Source: Lama glama
Lineage: Eukaryota
Assembly: GCA_028534125.1 (NCBI GenBank)
Contig: CM052832.1
Span: forward strand, 20,214,001 to 20,278,000
Reading direction: 5' to 3'
DNA length: 64,000 nucleotides
Shown here one piece after another: positions 51,076 to 63,744 of this stretch (positions within the stretch are counted from its first letter, which is position 1; the number at the start of each line of letters is the position of its first letter). The position numbers and the translations under genes were made by a program. The notes under the pieces were generated by a model. The model was given only the letters and a program-made list of their open reading frames with translations, ran no database searches and was not told the origin of the DNA.

Positions 51076-51265
51076 CCTGACCCTTAACTGCACTGGTCCA
51101 CCTATATACTATCTTTTTTCAACAAATAGGCGCCATAGTACTGCAGAGTCCATGGTTGGTTGAACCTAAGGATGCAGAACCATGGATTTGTAGGACCGAC
51201 TATAAAGTTATATGTGAATTTTCAACTGCATGGGGTGAAGGTCAATGCTTCAACCCCTTATTATT
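51076..51265. mobile_element. TcMar-Tigger MITE, MER8-like
   Basis: 'tgaccctt aactgcactggtccacctata...ggttggttgaacctaaggatgcagaaccatgga...ccgactataaagttatatgtgaattttcaactgca...aacccct'. Confidence 0.75.
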
Positions 51266-52870
51266 GCTAAGATGACAATTCTCCCCAAATTGATACATGG
51301 GTTAAGTATAATCCCTACTAAAATCCCAGCTGGTTTTTTTTTTTAAGCAGTTGACAAACATCCTAAAATTCATACTTTCAGCCTGGAACTCCAGAATAGC
51401 CAAACTATCTTGAAAAAAAATTTGGAAGATTCACATTTCTTGATTTCAGAACTTTCTAGCTATAGGGATCAAGACAGTGTAGTACAGATAAAATGATAGC
51501 TGGTAAGTAGGTAGATCGATTGTTCGATCCATCAGTGGAATAGAACTGAAAGTCTTGAAATAAAGTTATACACTAATTATTAATTCATTTTTACAAAAGC
51601 CCCAGAGCAATTTAAGGGAGAAGTCTTCTCAACAAATGGTGCTGGGACAGCTGGATATCCATATGCAAAAGAATGAAGTTGAGACTTTTATTTTAGACTA
51701 TATGCATAAATTAACTCAAATTGGACCATAGACTGAAATTAAAGAGGTAAAACTGTATAATTCTTAGAAGAAAATACAGGAATAAATCTTCATGACTTTG
51801 GATTAGACATCATTAGACATAGATAGGGCAATCTAAAGCACATAATTTGAAAGAAAAATTTAGGAAAATTAGACTTTATCTAAATTAAAAATTTTGCTTT
51901 AAAGGACACCATCCAAGAGTGAAAAAAAAAAACCCAATAGAATGGGAGAAAATATTTTCAAATCACATATCTTATCAGGGACTTGTAACCACAATATATG
52001 AAGAACTCTTAAAGCACAAGAATGAAAGATTAACCCAGTTTTTAAAAGGACAAAAGACTTGAACACAGATGTTTCCCAAAAACAAATGGTCAAGACACAC
52101 ATGAAAAGATACACAATTTTAGTCATAAATGAAAATCAAAACCACATGAGGTACATCTTCACACTCACTAAGATGGCAAAAGTTTAAAAAAGACAAATAA
52201 TAACAAGCATTGGCAAGGATGTGGAGAAATTGGAAACTTTGTGCATTGCTAGAAGAATGTAAATGGTATAGCTCTTTGGAAACTTTTTGTTGGCTCCTCA
52301 AAATGTTAAACATAGAGATACCATATGATCCAGCAATGCCACTCTAGATATTTACACAAGAGAACTGGAAACATACTTCCACACAAAAACTTGCACATGT
52401 AAATCCATTGCAGCATTATGCATAATAGTCAAAAAGGGGAAACAGTGAAATGTTCATCAGCTGAAGAAGGGAAAAACAAAATGTGATATATTTATACAAT
52501 GGAATGTTATTCAGCCATAAAAAGGAATGAGGTAGTGGACACACCTTGTAAACTTTATGCTAAGTTATAAAGTCGGACAAAAAAAAAGAGAAAACCACGC
52601 ATTATATGATTTCATGTATAGCACATGTCCAGAACAGGCAAATCCCTAGAGAAAGAAAGTAGGTTAGTGTTTGCCAGGGATTGGGTGAAGGGGCAAACAG
52701 GAGAGTAACTGCTAGTAGGCATGGGGTTTCATTTGCGGGTGATGAAAATGTTAAAAAATTATACATATACTGATGTTGTATAACTCTGAATGTACTAATA
52801 ATAAGTGCAGAATTGTATAGGTTAAAAGTGAATTCCATGGCACGTGAGTTTCTCTCAGTGAAGCAATTTT
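51266..52870 (+). mobile_element. Old L1MB-type element, 3' part (post-RT ORF2 plus 3'UTR)
   Basis: 'taagatgacaattctccccaaattgata', 'caacaaatggtgctgggacagctggatatcc', 'ccatatgatccagcaatgccact', L1MB-like 3'UTR 'ggggtttcatttgcgggtgatgaaaatg'. Confidence 0.9.
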
Positions 52871-52940
52871 TGAAACACGCAATTGTAGATCACTGCTCTT
52901 TCTAAAAACCATTATGTCAAGTTACGATTATTTCTGTAAC

Positions 52941-53420
52941 TGTTGTAGGCATCTGGGTGTCTTCTTTTTGCTCCTCTAGATCGACTCCACCACTTCTACT
53001 GCTCTGTGCTCTAGGAGGCTGAACTGCATGGATCACGTCAAAGATGTCCTTGTCCTCAGGCTTTCTGTCGAGTTCATCAGTGGAAGGCTCAGACGGGTGA
53101 TGGAGAAAAGGAAGAGAGGGAGGTAAGGAGCGATGATCCTTGTTCATCCAAGCTGGGCCCCAAGGATTGCTCTGTCTTTGCCCCAAATGCCACCACCTAC
53201 CTGCCAAAGGCGTTCTTTCCAGACCCACTGTCTGGGTTCTGCTAACCATTTCCTGCTGTTGCCCTTTAGGCGAATGAGTGGAAAAGGTCCCTGATGTTGC
53301 TGGCTCCACGGTACTGACTTAACTTACTGATGTCCATAAACCTGCCCCTACATTTTAAACAGCACTGTTTACTCAGTTACCCACTTCCATCTCTCTGCTG
53401 CCAATCCCTTACTGATGTGC
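52941..53420 (+). mobile_element. ERVL solo LTR, LTR33-like
   Basis: 'tgttgtaggcatctgggtg...ctgctctgtgctctaggaggctgaactgcatggatcacgtca...ccttgtcctcaggctttctg'. Confidence 0.7.
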
Positions 53421-54569
53421 TGTGTTTGGGTTAAATTTTTTTCATCCTGATATGTTTTAATTCTGACTCTTTGCTCTTTTTCTTCTATTTTGCTGTAGGA
53501 TCTCTATCAGTTTTGTTTTCAGAAGAAACCTTCAAGGGAAGCAGTCTATTTTAGTTCTACTTGAGATTAGCTTAGTGTCTTAATACCATTCTTAGAACCA
53601 TGTTAAACTACTAAAATCTATTAAAAAATAATTTTTGATCCCTCTTTCTTCAAGATAAGGGATTTGGCCCTTTTCTCACCTCTCCTACTCTCTCTGTGTT
53701 AGTTAATTTACTCCGGGGTTGTAAAGTCTTTCTTCATTTAAAAATATTTCATTTGTTTATTTACGTTATACTGGGGTTTCATGGCTATTTATTTTTCTTT
53801 CTTTAAAGTCTTTGTTGTACATCCTAATGATGTAACAACAACAACTGAATATCAAGAGAAGCTAGTTCATGGGCATCAGAGGTAGTCTTGGTGACTGCAG
53901 GTCAAAGAGAATGGGGACATGCTTAACTGACCTTAGTTTAAATAATTTCTGATATTCTTAATAAGCATAATTAGCAAAAGTAAGAAAGAAGCAAGGAGTG
54001 GAAACTGCTACAAAGCTTGGCCTTTCAGTGATTTTTGAAGGAGGGGAAGATCTGGTAGATAATTCAGGGAAGTCTTACAAGTTAAATAGAAACTTTAGTT
54101 TTTGTGTCATGTGTTGGTATTTTCAAGAGTCTGGGCCCATTTTTTTTCCTACCCTGCAATTCCATGACTTGACCATAGTGTTTTTGTTTTGTTTTGTTTT
54201 GTTTTTTTTCTCTTTTTAATGATGTAGTTTTAACTTCATTCCATGAGCGCCATTGGCTGTAGCCATTTTGGCCATCCGCCCCCATTGCAAACACATCAAA
54301 CGGGGAAGTGCAGGATTCAGCCAAAGCATGGCATCTCTGAAGAAGTATAAATATCTGTGTCTTGAAACCCAACAGTATTTCCCACAGCAACATTTTCATG
54401 AAGTTGCCTGTTTAGCCTAAAACTTTAAGTAAGAAGTGTTTTTTTAAATGTCTTTGGTTTGATTAGTTTTCATTATTTATGACATTTCTTGAGTCATTTA
54501 TTTGAATTGCTCTTCAAATTCTGCATTATTATTTATTTTCTGTGCAATTATCTTATTGCTCCAAATTCA

Positions 54570-54685
54570 TTTAAGCTTTTTGAGACCACAGACCTTTTCA
54601 TTTATATTTTATATTTATCACACACCTAACATCTCAATGCTGGAGATGCAGAGATGTTCAATAAATATTTCTTAACTTGATTTAT
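54570..54685 (+). mobile_element. LINE L2 3' terminus
   Basis: 'aagctttttgagaccacagacc...cctaaca...gatgttcaataaatattt'. Confidence 0.5.
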
Positions 54686-57223
54686 TACTGCTCTTATTAG
54701 TTCTGTCTGCTTAGTCTGGTAGTACATTCCCTTCTGCTTGGTATAAAGCAGACAGCCCTTGATACACTTTGAAATGCAGTCCAGAGTTAATAATCTCTGG
54801 GAAACCTGATATGCTTTTAAACTTCCCAGATCTCTCGTTAGGAAACTCAAGAGACTTTCACCATCGACTTTTCATAATCTGTTAGCTCGTTTGGTGTACA
54901 TTCATATCTACAGCAACATCATGAAGTGAACAAGGGCTCTGCAAATCTTTGCAGTTGTTTAAAATTGGCATTTAATATATATATATATTTTTCTTCTTCC
55001 TTTTTAAAAGCTTTTGGGGAGAGTTCAGCTGCCAGGTCCCTTGAGCAAAATGGTTTTCTTGACACTGCTTCTGTGTTGCCTCACAGCCATATATCTGGCC
55101 CTGGAACTTGAAAACAGGAAAAAGAGGGGGGAGGGAGAGCGAGCTTCTGTTTACTCCCAGTGGCAATCCGTTGGGATTCTAAGTACTTGAATATTTCCAA
55201 TTCACTGGGAGGCTTGAAGCCATAATGGAAGAAAACAATATATAGAAACTCTAAAACAGTAAACCAATTTCATATAAATCATAATGTGTTCCAAATGACA
55301 GAGGTTTAAATCTCAGTCTCTCTTGATAGAGGCTTAATTGTATAAATAGCTCTTTGGAATCCTGTCAAGCTGTCTTGCCCACAATCTGAGGCTGCGTCTA
55401 CACAATTCATATAAAATCACTGAAACTTATTTTATCTGGGTGTGTTTAAATATCCAGATGTTTGGCAGTGAGTGAAACAAACATCCAGGTGACCGACAGG
55501 ATTTTTAAATATTTCTCATAAGTCCTGACAAGGACAGTAAGGATGATTCCATGTCTGATCAGCTTGATTAAAGAACCATATTCTTGAAGGAAAAGACCTT
55601 ACAATTTTGCCTCCCATATTATTTCTAAATATACTAAAATTGTAGAGATGCTGTTCTGCTCTCCTCTTTCTGTCTCAGCATGGAGGATGCGCTAGAAAGC
55701 CAGTCTGATATATATACGGGTAAAGAGGTGTTTCTTCTATAATTGCTGCGAGTGTACTTGTGCTAGAGTGACATCCTATAGATGCTGTGCTGATAAGTGC
55801 TGTGGGATTGCACCTGGACACCCAGAGATAAGACGACTGAAAGGATATGAATTCCAAGTGGTAGCAATCTCTGAGGTCATTTTGCTAGACGTCCTTTTAA
55901 ATGATTGGATGATTAATAGATATAGCAATCCTAGGAACCACAGAAAGTCCATTTAGAAGCCATTTTTGTTCGGAAGGAATTCTTTCCTTTTATGAGCATT
56001 ACATTTTCTATTGCTTTTTGTGTATGGTGTAGCCCACTGACTTACACGATAATTGAAAGTATTAATTGATGGCATTGATAGGAATGTCATAAAGTCTAAT
56101 AGCGACAGGCAGTCAAGACTGAATGTTAGTCCTATCATGAAGTTTCTCTGGTTTATCACCATTCTTTCTCCACCTCAAACTGTAATTTTCCAGTGACCTT
56201 TACACAGACTAGCCCATTGTTTCATAGCTGTCACTAAAAAGGCCCTCGTTTAGTTCGATTATTTAGGGAATTAAGGCAGGTAACTGTGAAATAACAAAAG
56301 AATGAATACCATTGATCACAGTAAATTTTTTTCCACTGTTTTTCGGCCACATGATAAAAACAGGATGCTTCACTCTCAGGGCCCAATGGCCGGCATAACT
56401 TATCAAAGCTGCTTTTTCCCTTTCCTCTGACTTTCCCCTTTGTTTCCTTGAGGGATGTAGAAATGACATCAAACTGTTCAAAATAGCTCTGCCCTATTAT
56501 AGATGACCAAAGACTTATTTGCTTTATTTTGAAAAAAAAAATAGCCCTAACCTTTTGTTTTGCACAGAAAACAAACAGGACATATTTTTTTCATTGTCTC
56601 CAGGTTTTATCTCATTCTTTCCTGTTCTTTTGAAAAAAAAATCATTTTTTAAAAGCGAAAAAGAATAATAAATAAATTTTAAAAAGAGAAAATGCATTAC
56701 AGATTTCCCAGTAAGGTTCCAGTGACATCTTACACAGGGTGACTGCTGATCTCATTATCCCAATAAAAACTGGATCTAAATCGTAACTATTTTAAAGACA
56801 GGAAGAGAAAATGGAGATACCTCACACTTACAAGTCAAGTGGGTTTCTTCCCCCCAAACATGTTAACATTTAGCAGTGAGTTCAGTTTGCACCACGTCAG
56901 GTCCTTACTTGGCCTCTTTTAAGATTCTCTCTAAGCTTTTCTGAGGCATCAGGTCTAGGTGGAGTAATACCAAGAAATTTCCAGCAGCGATAAGCCTGTA
57001 ACTGAGCGGAGCCAGTGCTGTAATACACTGCCCAACTGGACATCTTCCCAAATCATATCATCAAGACAAGCTGCCCCTCAAAAGGCATCTAATCATTTGT
57101 GTGGGGAAAACCCTCAACCCTGCCTTAGACGGCCCATCCTGAACAATTCTAGAACATTCCTCTGCTGCTCTGACAGGAAGAGTGTGGTTCCACGCGTCTG
57201 GGTTTCATTGTGGCATCTGTCTT

Positions 57224-57363
57224 TAGAGCTGTGCTATTCAGTTGAAATGTCTACAATGGTGCAAATAAGAATTAGAAGCTTTAATTTTATATAAGCTAAT
57301 TAATTTAAATTTAAATTTATATAGCTACATGTGTCTCGTGACTACCAGAGTAAATAATGCAGC
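57224..57363. mobile_element. MER3-like hAT-Charlie MITE (internally deleted)
   Basis: 'gagctgtgctattca...ttaatttaaatttaaat...tagctacatgtgtctcgtgactacca...aatgcagc'. Confidence 0.6.
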
Positions 57364-59281
57364 TTCAGAATTCCCCCAAATGTACTTCCTAGTTGTGAAT
57401 CCCTTAATGTATATTTAAAGAACCAGCAACATTTGTCATCTTTATTTTGTTAAATGTGAAAAATACTAAGCCTCCCCACCCCCAGACTGGGGTGACGAGC
57501 TCGCTACTAGTTTCTGAGGACGATACGTGAGAAGTCTAACGCAGGGCGTTTCAATCTGGAATTCTAAGTTCCACCTGTGGATAATCATTCTACATTCCAA
57601 TTATTTTCATTTTGCATCATTATAAACCATATACAATGTTATTATAGGATATTGGTAGACATATAATGTTTCAAAGGGTTATTTTTGTAAATTCTTGGAA
57701 ACAAACCACCAAACACATTTATCTGTATGTAAAGGGTGGGCACAGAGGAACATTTCACAGTGTTATGTATGTAAGAGGATGCTTAAGTGAAAGTCTCAGG
57801 TGGAGCACATTTTAAAGACAGTGCTAGTGCAGGATTGGGAAAAAATTTTTTTGATAGCAGTAAGAATAAATTAGACAATCTGAAACTTCTCATGTATGAA
57901 GAGTAGAAAAGGATTTGGATCTGGGGAATTGAGAGTATTTTTGAGGACATTTTCTTAGGAGAAAGTGGTGCTTCAAATCTCTCCCAAAGGGAAGGGAAGA
58001 AATGAGAGTATCTTCTCCTTATCTCATGTCGAGGAGATCAGGGCTTTAAAGAAATCACCAAAATAGCCCCTGCATCCTCTGTAGTTCCCCTCCAGCCAAA
58101 GGAAGTTACAGAAGAGTGATGACTGCATCATCCTAAAGATACATAAAGAACTGGCAGAGAGAGGGCAGAGGTTGGTGAGCTGACTGTACCCCCAGCGACT
58201 GCCACAGTGAAGGATGTATAAAAGCTTCCCCCAGATAAACTCATGACCCCAAAAGGGCCACCTGGCACAGGGACACTGGAACTGTCGCTGGATTTCTAGG
58301 ACATTTACCATACCCAAGGGAACTAGATTTGAAACTTCTTAGATGAGTAGAAGTGAGGTGTGGAGAGGACACACAGAGGTCTCCAAAGATTTCACAAATC
58401 TCAGGGCAAAATAAGTTTTAAACTCCTGCCATAATCCTAGAGCACTGACATTAGCTCAGGAGAGTTTTTGTTCAATTAAAGGCTTCCTGCCCTTCCTTCG
58501 CAGCTTCCCCTGCGCCCTAACCCCAAGGGTCAGACACTGCAGAACCATCTGAAGGTGGGAACGCTCAGGGGATGGTGGAAAGAAGGAAGGTCTTGCCCAC
58601 CCCTTCTTTCCTTCATGGCAGTCTTCCCCATCTGTGGGGTCTGAGCTGAGGGCAGGGCAGACACCTTCATACCAAGTCAAGTTTGCAGTTTTTATTCTCA
58701 TAGTGGGCAGGATATTTTATTCCAGAAGTGAAGTTTTATTTTGCAACTGAAAGCAACCAGTAAGGTTCTAGAACTTCTGCCAGTTTCCATGCAGGGACAA
58801 GAGAAGAACTAGAATCTTGAATAAAATTAAAAGGATGGTAAGAAACAAAAACAAAAGAGCTTTAAGATTTTGCTCCAAGTATTGTGTCAGTTCAGCATAA
58901 TAATGGCTACACATTATTGTGGCATAGAAACTGAAAGAAAAAAGACAATTGAGACTATATAAACAGCATTGTCTTCTGTGAATAATACAAAGGTTGTGAG
59001 GTTTATTAGCCTAGCGCATATTTATCATCCTGTTCAAAACTGGCATCCTAAAAGTCACAGCAAGCCTGAGGTGAAGGTCTTACTATGACAGGGTTTCAGT
59101 GGAGGGGCATTTCAGTGTTTTGACTCAGTGCTTTTTGAGGGGAATTATAGAAGTAAAAAGTATCTTTCTTCTCATCCACATGAATAAAGACAGTTTAAAG
59201 TTAAATAGAGTTAAAACTTTAGACAAGGGGACTGGTTTTGCTAACCAACACAATACCTCAAAAGACTAGGAATAGACTTAC

Positions 59282-59381
59282 NNNNNNNNNNNNNNNNNNN
59301 NNNNNNNNNNNNNNNNNNNNNNNNNNNNNNNNNNNNNNNNNNNNNNNNNNNNNNNNNNNNNNNNNNNNNNNNNNNNNNNNN
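59282..59381. other. Assembly gap (100 N)
   Basis: Read directly. Confidence 1.
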
Positions 59382-59480
59382 TGTGTATATGTCCATGAAT
59401 GACTGAAAAATTGTGCTGAACACTGGAAATTGACACAACATTGTAAAATGATTATAAATCAATAAAAAATGTTAAAAAAA
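59382..59480 (+). mobile_element. Camelid L1 3' end abutting the gap
   Basis: 'atgactgaaaaattgtgctgaacactggaaattgacacaacattgtaaa...caataaaaaa' resembles the copy at 40690-40799. Confidence 0.85.
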
Positions 59481-59749
59481 GATTCAAATGAGTTATTACT
59501 GCATGTATTTTCCCTATTCTTAGTCATTAATTCAATGGCTTTAGTTAATGAATATTAATGCCTATAGTATTCTACGTGGAAAATGTTGTTCTAGAGCTAT
59601 GTGATGCTAGGCTAAACATATCCTAGTATGTTCCTGCTGGAAAACCAGAAAACTACTCATACACATTAAATGATCTGCCTCAGACAGAAGTCTGTCTGAC
59701 AAATGCAAATTGCATCCTGGACCTTAGATAAAGGATGCAGATTTCTTTA

Positions 59750-60893
59750 TTTTTAATTTTATTTATTTATTTTTACTATGCATGTTTTTTCCTGAAGTAC
59801 AGCCAGTTTCTGGTGTACAGCACAATAGTTCAGTCATACATAAACATACGTATATTTGTTTTCATATTTTTTCACCATAAGTTATTATGAGATATTGAAT
59901 ATAGCTCTCTCTGCTATTCCATATAAACTTGTTGTTTACCTATTTTTTATGTATTAGTCAGTATCTGCAAATCTCGAACTTCCAGTTTATCCCTTCCTAC
60001 CCTCTTCCCCCCTGGCAACCATAAGTTTGTTTTCTGTCTGTGAGCCTGTTTCTGTTTTGTAAATAAGTTCATTTGTCTTTTTTTTTTTTCTTTTTTAGGT
60101 TCCACATATAAGTGCTATCATATGGTATTTTTCTTTCTCTTTCTGGCTTACTTCACTTAGAATAATGATCTCTAGGTCCATCCTTATTGCTGCAAGTGGC
60201 ATTATTTTATTTTTATGGCTGAGTAGTATTCCATTGTATAAATATACCACAACTTCTTCTTTATCTAGTCATCTGTTGGTGGACATTTAGGTTGTTTCCA
60301 TGTCTTGGCTATTGAAAATAATGCTATGAATACTGGGGTGCATGTGTCTTTTTGAATTAAGATTCCCTCTGGATATATTCCCAGGAGTGGGGTTGCTGGA
60401 TCATATGGTAAGTATATTTTTAGTCTACTGAGGAATCTCCATACTGTTTTCCATAATGGCTACACCAAACTACATTCCCACCAATGGTGTAGGAGGGTTC
60501 CCTTTTCTCCACACCCTCTCTGGCATTTATTGTTCATGAACTTTTGAATGATGGCCATCCTGAATGGTGTGAGGTGATACCTCATTGTAGTTTTGATTTG
60601 CACTTCTCTGGTAATTAGTGATGTTGAGGATTTTTTCATGTGTCTGTTGGCCATTTGTATGCCTTCATTGGAGAATTGCTTGTTTAGGTCTTCTGCCCAT
60701 CTTTGGATTGGGTTGTTTGTGTGTTTTTTTCCTTATTAAGTTGTAAGAGCTGTTTGTATATTTTGGAGATTAAGCCTTTGTCAGTCTCATCCTTTGCAAA
60801 TATTTTCTCTCATTCTGTAGGTTGTCTTTTTGTTTTGCTTATGGTTTCTTTTGCTGTGCAAAGCTTACAGGTTTAATTAGGTCTCACTTGTTT
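59750..60893 (-). mobile_element. Relatively young 5'-truncated L1 (ORF2 C-terminus plus 3'UTR) with exact TSD
   Basis: ORF 60460..60654 reads as L1 ORF2 C-terminus (MANRHMKK...[28 protein letters not shown]); TSD AGATTTCTTTA at 59739-59749 and 60894-60904. Confidence 0.95.
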
Positions 60894-60969
60894 AGATTTC
60901 TTTAAATGTAAATCATTTGTACAGACTTAATTAGGCTTTACTTAACAGCTGATTGAAGAATCACCAAGC

Positions 60970-61158
60970 TTGAATGAACCTTAAAACTTATTTCATCCAA
61001 CTTATACATTGTAAAGATTACTGGACTTGTTAAATTTAGTTCAATGCAATAAAAATAAGAGTTTAAATGACTTAACTAAGCTCACAGTACTGAGAAACTG
61101 AGTAAGGAACTAAACTCAGGGCTTTGTAACTTCCTGTCCTGGATGTGTCTGTCCATTA
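60970..61158 (-). mobile_element. MIR fragment
   Basis: 'ttaaatgacttaactaagctcacag...gaactaaactcagg...acttcctgtcc'. Confidence 0.5.
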
Positions 61159-63744
61159 GAAAATGGTCTTTGTCATCTAATTTTACCCAATGGTTTCTTT
61201 AACTGTAATGTTTTTCAGACTTGACTTTGGTTCTAATGAATATGTGTGTCAACTTTTGTGTCCATTTTAAATACATATTCAGATTTCTTTCCACTAGAAT
61301 TACTCTACAGAAATAATTCATTAAAATTACTGAAAATGTCGAACTGAAAAACTGTACAGTTGAACATTCCCTTCCGATTTCTTGAAAAGCCAGTATTTAA
61401 AATACCTGAGAAAACAAACTGGTATAATACTGTGAGTGAGTTTTGAATCTTTGGTTTCTTATTATTGGTCTTAGCCCACAAGCTAGGTGAAAGTTGACAG
61501 CTGTCAGTCATATAAGATTAGTATGAATTACTCCAGGTCATAAAGTACATATATACATAGACCATTAGCTATCTTGATTAGCTGCTGGTGAAATGTTTTG
61601 ACTAGTAACTTCTTTCAGAGGGACCAGACTGGTTGGGAACTAATGTGTTGTTGAAATGGTTTCTTAAACAGCTCTACTTAGCCTTAAAGAAGACCAGAAT
61701 GTGTCTGTTTTTACCTTCTGAAAACATTTACCTTATCTCACATTCATATAGAGCAAAACATTGGGAATGTTGAATTTCTAAAAATATTAGTATCCCTCTA
61801 ATTTCTTTTCTTCCAGGTACATCCTTTCTTATTTCATATTATTAAGCTTTTTCCCCCTACGTTTATTTTGGTAAATTTCAGTTTTTAAGGGAAATAACAG
61901 AAAATCTGTTTCTCTTAATTCTAAATTTTGCTGAATCTGGTTATTTCCTATTGTCACATTCCTTGACTAAATCACTAGGGGTAGTTCTAGAGGAGGAAAA
62001 TACTTCACTTCAAAATTATTTCAATAGTGAGGATAGAATCTTTTTTTTTTTTTGCTTTCATAGATGCTATAGTTGCTGATAAACTTTCTCAGAAAAATCC
62101 ATAAACTATCTAGACTTTCTCTGCAGTCGGCAGAAATTTTCTGTCTTCTTAACATTTGATTAAACATATTTTTGGCTCGTAGACTATAGAAAAGAACGAT
62201 AAAAGTAACTTTATATGAAGGGCTGTCTTGAAGCCCTTCATTGTTTATAATCTTTCTGATTATAAATTCTTTTGTGCCCAAGAACTAAAAATCATTGGGC
62301 CATAATGTCATGACATGTTCTTACTTCTTCACTGACACTGGTTTCTAAACTTCATAATACAAATCCACTACCTTCTGGTTTAAGAAACTGTTTTATTCTG
62401 TAAAGATGTACTGCATTTTATTAAAAGGACCACTAAAATACAAAACATTTTCAGTAGATAGACCAAGGGAATTCTGCATAAAAACACAGGCAACAGTATA
62501 TTCCGGGTTTTCTAAGATGAGTCTACTCTTAACTATGTGGTTCTTTTTCTATGCTTATAACTAATTTCACCACCTGGAAAAATAAGATAGCTTGTCATAT
62601 CTAGTGTGTGTTTATTTTATTTTTTTTTTATTGGAGAAGTTTAATATAATGGTCAGGATATACTCTGAAATACAGGTTCATTCTCTTCGTAAGACTCAGT
62701 GTCCTCAGTAAATGTCCAGCAAAATTTGCTCCATCTTACATGATAGCAGTGCAAGATCTCTCAGGATGCAGAAACCTCTATTCTTGGTTGTTTCCATCTG
62801 CCAGAGGGAAAAAAAATGCTTACATGCCCAATGTTCATTCAGTAGAGATTTTCTGATAGCTTATTTTTTGATAGTGCTTGTGCAGACACAGTGAATTTAA
62901 GAAATTTTGTTACTTTAACAATTGACTTTGCTACTATATGTCTTATACCTTGATCTGCTAGAAAGCAGCATGCTGGCACCAAGGTAGCTTTGAGCACAAG
63001 ATCTGGATTTTTGTGTCCATCCATTCTGATTTTGCATTGCTTTAATAATTTGTACATTTCCCCCGTCAAGCCCAGCCAGAACCACTGACAGCAACACAAG
63101 GGGCTCAGCCTGCGTAGACTGTATGTAAACAATGCCCACTGGAGTGGTAGCCTGTACAACTATTGCAACAACACTGCAGGGAGAACACCCATCTGCCACT
63201 AGACTACTCAGATACAGCCCAGTTCTGTCACTCCACTCAGATCTGTCCCTTTTCTCCATCCCCCAACATTTGAAAAAAATTTTCACCCTCATTTTCTCCA
63301 CTACCTACATTCAAAATTATCCCCTTTACCAATATTATCTCAAGTCTTTAATATGAGGGAACTATTCTGGTTTTCAGTAGACACAAATGAATTAATGACT
63401 GATGTCTCTCTGTAAGCTAAAAGTGATCGTTAATTGGTGGAACTTCCAAAGCACAGTAAGTAATTGATTTCAGGATATGTGGGGAAATATTTGGGGACCA
63501 GAAGGTCCTTGGACTCTACCTCCTGCCATTCTTTCTACTCTGGCTTCAGCCTTCTTGTTGATTAAGAAGAAAATCATTTCAGGGGAGATCACTGACTTTA
63601 CAAAAACTCACTGAATACTGCTCATGACAGTAAATGTTAGATTTAGAAAATTCTTATGACTTCATATTTTCCTAAAGTTTTGACCTATTCATTTTTTAAA
63701 AATATTCTGTGATTACAGAGACCATGCTTAATTTTTTTTTTGTT

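Noticed and set aside
52917..53309. 130-aa ORF
   Set aside because: Lies antisense within an LTR33-like solo LTR.
55679..55719. Strong acceptor followed by ATG (MEDALESQSDIYT)
   Set aside because: Donor CGG|GTAAAG is weak, the unit is very short, and the peptide is not recognised.
62915..63301. 128-aa minus-strand ORF and overlapping ORFs in unique sequence
   Set aside because: No recognisable domain and no convincing splice signals; within chance expectation.
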